Shown: piece after piece, positions 60,965 through 64,000 of the stretch | Layout: each line of letters begins with the position of its first letter | How positions within the stretch are numbered: the stretch's first letter is position 1 | Origin: Verrucomicrobiota bacterium | GTDB taxonomy: Bacteria > Verrucomicrobiota > Verrucomicrobiia > Limisphaerales > Palsa-1400 | Assembly: GCA_049513975.1 (NCBI GenBank) | Contig: JBEKVM010000029.1 | Span: forward strand, 12,783 to 76,782 | Length of the DNA: 64,000 nt | Direction: 5' to 3' | Program-made: the position numbers and the translations under genes | Notes under the pieces: model-generated | Told to the model about the DNA's origin: nothing | The model's input: the letters and a program-made list of their open reading frames with translations, nothing else | The model's database searches: none

Positions 60965-61885
60965 ATGAAAATTCGCCTGGATTTTTGCGATTTTTGGCCG
61001 GGGTTTCCCAAGACGGATAATTTTTTTTATCACCTTCTGCGCGAACGGTTCGAGGTGGAAATCTGCGACCGGCCGGACTTTTTGATCTTCGCCGACCCCG
61101 GACAGCATGTCCACCGGGTGCATAATTGCGTGAAGATTTTTGTGGCCATCGAGGTGTTCCTGCCGGATTTCCGCTGGTGCGATTATGCCTTCACCTGCCA
61201 TTATCTGGATGACCCGCGCCACCTGCGGCTGCCCTATTACGCCTGGAGCCCATGTCCGCCGTCGCCGGGAAGCGGGGAAGAAATCGCGCGGGTGATGGCG
61301 GCCAAGACCAAGTTTTGCAGTTTCATCGTCACCAACGCGAAACGGAAGAAAACCCATAAGCGCGTCGAATTCTTCCATCGCCTTTCCCAATATAAAAAGG
61401 TGGATTCCGGGGGCGCGGCCTGGAACAACATCGGGCGCGTCATTCCAAGAGGGGCCAACCATAAACTGGAATTTAACCTTCCCTACAAATTCAGCATCGC
61501 CTTTGAAAACGGGTCAACGCCGGGTTATACGACGGAGAAAATTGTGGATGCCATCAAGGCGCGGTGCGTGCCGATTTATTGGGGAAATCCGCGGATCGGA
61601 GAAGAGTTCAACCCCAAAAGCTTTCTCAATTATTTCGATTTTCCGAGCGAAGAGGCGCTGATTGAAAAGATCATCGAACTGGACCGTGACGACGCCAAGT
61701 ACCTGGAGTATCTGCGCCAGCCTTTTTTTCACAACAACCAGCCCAATGAATTCTTCAGCCACGAACGGCTGCTGAATCAGTTTGAAAAGATATTCACCAC
61801 CCCGATCACGCCGGTCTCGGCCCGGCGCTATCCGCTGCAAATTGACCGTTGGATTCCGGTGCTGAAGAACCGGTCCAATCAATGA
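60965..61885 (+). CDS. GT10-family alpha-1,3-fucosyltransferase-like
   Basis: MKIRLDFCDFWPGF N-terminus, FCSFIVTNA and FSIAFENGSTPGYTTEKI motifs. Confidence 0.75.
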   Translation: MKIRLDFCDFWPGFPKTDNFFYHLLRERFEVEICDRPDFLIFADPGQHVHRVHNCVKIFVAIEVFLPDFRWCDYAFTCHYLDDPRHLRLPYYAWSPCPPSPGSGEEIARVMAAKTKFCSFIVTNAKRKKTHKRVEFFHRLSQYKKVDSGGAAWNNIGRVIPRGANHKLEFNLPYKFSIAFENGSTPGYTTEKIVDAIKARCVPIYWGNPRIGEEFNPKSFLNYFDFPSEEALIEKIIELDRDDAKYLEYLRQPFFHNNQPNEFFSHERLLNQFEKIFTTPITPVSARRYPLQIDRWIPVLKNRSNQ

Positions 61886-61924
61886 CAATGCTTCAGTCAT
61901 GGGTGGGCTATATCAGATAGGGCC

Positions 61925-62000
61925 GGCAGTCCTCTGCCCGCCGCACGAAGGTGGTGTGAGGTGGATTCTACCAATGCCCGACGGCGGGCAGAGGACTGCC
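61925..62000. terminator. 19-bp inverted repeat between convergent genes
   Basis: GGCAGTCCTCTGCCCGCCG ... CGGCGGGCAGAGGACTGCC. Confidence 0.5.
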
Positions 62001-62028
62001 CGCCCTACCACCCCACGACGCATTGCCA

Positions 62029-63021
62029 TCAATGATACTGGGCTGGCGCACCGGCCAGGACACGGCGGGTGATTTGGCTGATTTTGCGCCGGGCCTGGCC
62101 CCGGGCCAGGCGCGCCCGCCAGGCGGAGGGTTGGAGAATCCACGGGGTTTTAGCGCGGCGCAGCCTGTCCAGCTCGTCCTGCGCCAGGGCGGCCATGTTC
62201 AGCGCCGGCTCCAGTTCGGCCCAGTGGACCGCCTCCAGTATTGCGGGCAGCGCCGGGTTGCGGGAGCGCTGCTGCGCGATGACGTTCTGGGCCAGCCGAA
62301 ACATTTTCAAGGCCAGGGAGTCAACGTGATAACCCGCCAGCGAATAGGCCTTGGGGTGCAGGCGAAAGGTGGAGAAACGTTGCGGCGTCACGGCAATTTT
62401 GAAGTCGAAAATATTTTGCACTCCCCAGGCGCCGTCGCCGGCGGTTCCGAACTCCAGGGGAAAGGGGCGTTGCCGGAGACAATCGGTCCGATACAGGTTG
62501 CTGGCTGAACTGCCGGGCAGGGCGCACCACAGGTGCGTCACCGTGAACAGAAATTGGTCGGCGGTGGAAAGCAACTCGGGCCGGACCATTTTTCGTCCTT
62601 CCAGGATTTCATCAATCAACCACCGGCTGTCCGGCAGCGCGTGGCCGGCGGCGTTGACGAAACGGGGCTTGCTGATCACCAGGTCGCATTGGAACTCCTC
62701 CGCCACTTGCAAAAGATGTTCCAGGCCGGGGCGGGTGATGGCATCGCCCACCGTGGCGATATACACATATTTGGCGCTGACCTTTTGAATCCCGTAGTTC
62801 CAGGATTGGTACAAACCGGGAGGATGCGTCCAATAAGTCGTGCAGGCAGGCGGCAGACTGGCTCTTAACATTTCCACCGTCCCATCTTGCGAGTCGCTGT
62901 CCACCACCACAATTTCCTGCGCCCGGTCAATCCAGGGCAGGAGAGAGGCGATATGTTCGGGCAGGAGGGGGGCGCAATTGCGGGTGGGGATCAGCACCCC
63001 GATGGTTGGAGTGGCGCTCAT
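62029..63021 (-). CDS. GT2-family glycosyltransferase
   Basis: IGVLIPTRNCAPLL..., VVDSDSQDGT. Confidence 0.8.
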   Translation of the reverse strand: MSATPTIGVLIPTRNCAPLLPEHIASLLPWIDRAQEIVVVDSDSQDGTVEMLRASLPPACTTYWTHPPGLYQSWNYGIQKVSAKYVYIATVGDAITRPGLEHLLQVAEEFQCDLVISKPRFVNAAGHALPDSRWLIDEILEGRKMVRPELLSTADQFLFTVTHLWCALPGSSASNLYRTDCLRQRPFPLEFGTAGDGAWGVQNIFDFKIAVTPQRFSTFRLHPKAYSLAGYHVDSLALKMFRLAQNVIAQQRSRNPALPAILEAVHWAELEPALNMAALAQDELDRLRRAKTPWILQPSAWRARLARGQARRKISQITRRVLAGAPAQYH

Positions 63022-63025
63022 GGAT

Positions 63026-63913
63026 TTAGCCCGAAACCGGCGGATCATTCAGGACCATCAGGCGCGCCAGTTGGTCGAGAGTGACGCGAGGTTGCCAGCC
63101 GAGGGAGCGGATGCGGGACGGATTGCTGACCAGGCGCGAGTACTCGGGCGCGAAGCCCGGCTTCTCCACGACATATTCACGCCAGTCGCAATGGACGGCG
63201 GCAAAACAGGCCTTGGCCCAGTCGGCGATGCTGTAAGCGATGCCGCTGCCGAGGTTGGCCTCGAGGATGGCGTCTTGTTGGGTCAGGGCCAGGATGGCTT
63301 CCACCATGTCGCCGGCAAAAGTCCATTCTTTCTCGACCGACAGGTCCCCCAGTTCCAGGCGGAACTTTTCGCCCGCGCCGGCCCGCCGCGCCGCCGTGGC
63401 AATGGTTTGGCTGACATGGCCCGGCTTGCGCAGCGGGCTTTCGTGGTGGAAAAGATAGCCAAAGAAAACGTTGACCCCCAGTTGGCGGTAGTAACGCGCC
63501 AGGAAGTTGGAATAATTGCGCACGGCGGCATAGGCGCTGGCCGCATCCATCGGATCATCCTCTGAAATCGGCCGGCCGCGATTGACAAATTGGAGGGCGC
63601 TGCCCGCCAGGAAAACCCTCGAACCCCGGCTGTGGCGATGGACCGCCTCCAGGATGTTCAAGGTGCCGGTGCCGATGGTGGCGTGGTTCTCCGCCGCCGC
63701 TTCATGGCCGGTGCTGGAACGCGCCGCCAGATGGAAAATCATCTCCGGCCGGCGCTCGCCAATGAGCCGGCTGACCAGGCTGGCATCGGCCACATCGCCG
63801 ATAATCGGGGCCTGTTGCCGGGCCACCGCCGCCACCCTCCAGCCGCGCTCCTGTGCCAGCCGCCGCAGATATTGGCCATCCTGGCCGTTGGCGCCGAAAA
63901 TGAGGATTTCCAT
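63026..63913 (-). CDS. NAD-dependent epimerase/dehydratase (short GDP-sugar dehydratase-like)
   Basis: MEILIFGANGQDGQYL Rossmann N-terminus and YAAVRNY (YxxxK-like) region. Confidence 0.75.
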   Translation of the reverse strand: MEILIFGANGQDGQYLRRLAQERGWRVAAVARQQAPIIGDVADASLVSRLIGERRPEMIFHLAARSSTGHEAAAENHATIGTGTLNILEAVHRHSRGSRVFLAGSALQFVNRGRPISEDDPMDAASAYAAVRNYSNFLARYYRQLGVNVFFGYLFHHESPLRKPGHVSQTIATAARRAGAGEKFRLELGDLSVEKEWTFAGDMVEAILALTQQDAILEANLGSGIAYSIADWAKACFAAVHCDWREYVVEKPGFAPEYSRLVSNPSRIRSLGWQPRVTLDQLARLMVLNDPPVSG

Positions 63914-64000
63914 CTGACTCCAATGGGCGCGCCCTGGCCCTGCTACTTTTGTTGGATGACTTCGATGGCCGGCAGCGGAAAAATAAAGCCGGCCCCTTTT

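Overview
This is a GC-rich bacterial chromosome segment. Gene content (DUF1559/prepilin-type protein, PD40- and NHL-repeat secreted proteins, many glycosyltransferases) suggests a PVC-group organism such as Verrucomicrobiota; that is inference only.

Ordinary content:
- 1-28.2 kb holds housekeeping and envelope genes: RNase II/R-like, TonB receptor, OmpR/histidine-kinase pair, LeuD-like, TlpA-like, HicAB, a damaged glnS, dgt, ispH and a GT28 transferase.
- 40.5-43.3 kb holds a large LamG-containing glycoside-hydrolase-like protein.
- 43.9-52.5 kb holds a Type III restriction-modification operon plus an orphan 666-aa gene.
- 53.3-63.9 kb is an LPS/glycan cluster: msbA-like, GT9, GT2, GT2, GT4, GT10 fucosyltransferase, GT2 and an epimerase/dehydratase.

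Accessory content:
- A 4.9-kb integrative element sits in tRNA-Pro(TGG) at 28346-33221. It has 28-bp direct repeats, an integrase, an excisionase-like protein and an HUH Rep-like protein.
- A decayed partial copy of the same element family lies at 22.4-24.1 kb.
- The main signal starts directly after the element, at 34073-39641, where the ORF track shows nothing convincing. The minus strand there carries about 32 tRNA-like genes, nearly all with an encoded CCA, whose anticodons cover all 20 amino acids.
- These tRNA-likes keep classic identity elements (G3:U70 Ala, G-1/C73 His, U73 Cys, U1:A72+G73 Gln). They also depart systematically from universal tRNA features: G55 instead of U55 in the T-loop, frequent loss of D-loop GG, C33 in six members, and short-arm Leu tRNAs.
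- The array is punctuated by heptad-repeat hairpins and by a repeat whose hairpin sequesters the CCA end. It is followed by an HNH endonuclease gene and interrupted by a sirtuin gene and a small membrane-protein gene.

All RNA folds were done by eye and need confirmation with covariance models and expression data. No database search was run.
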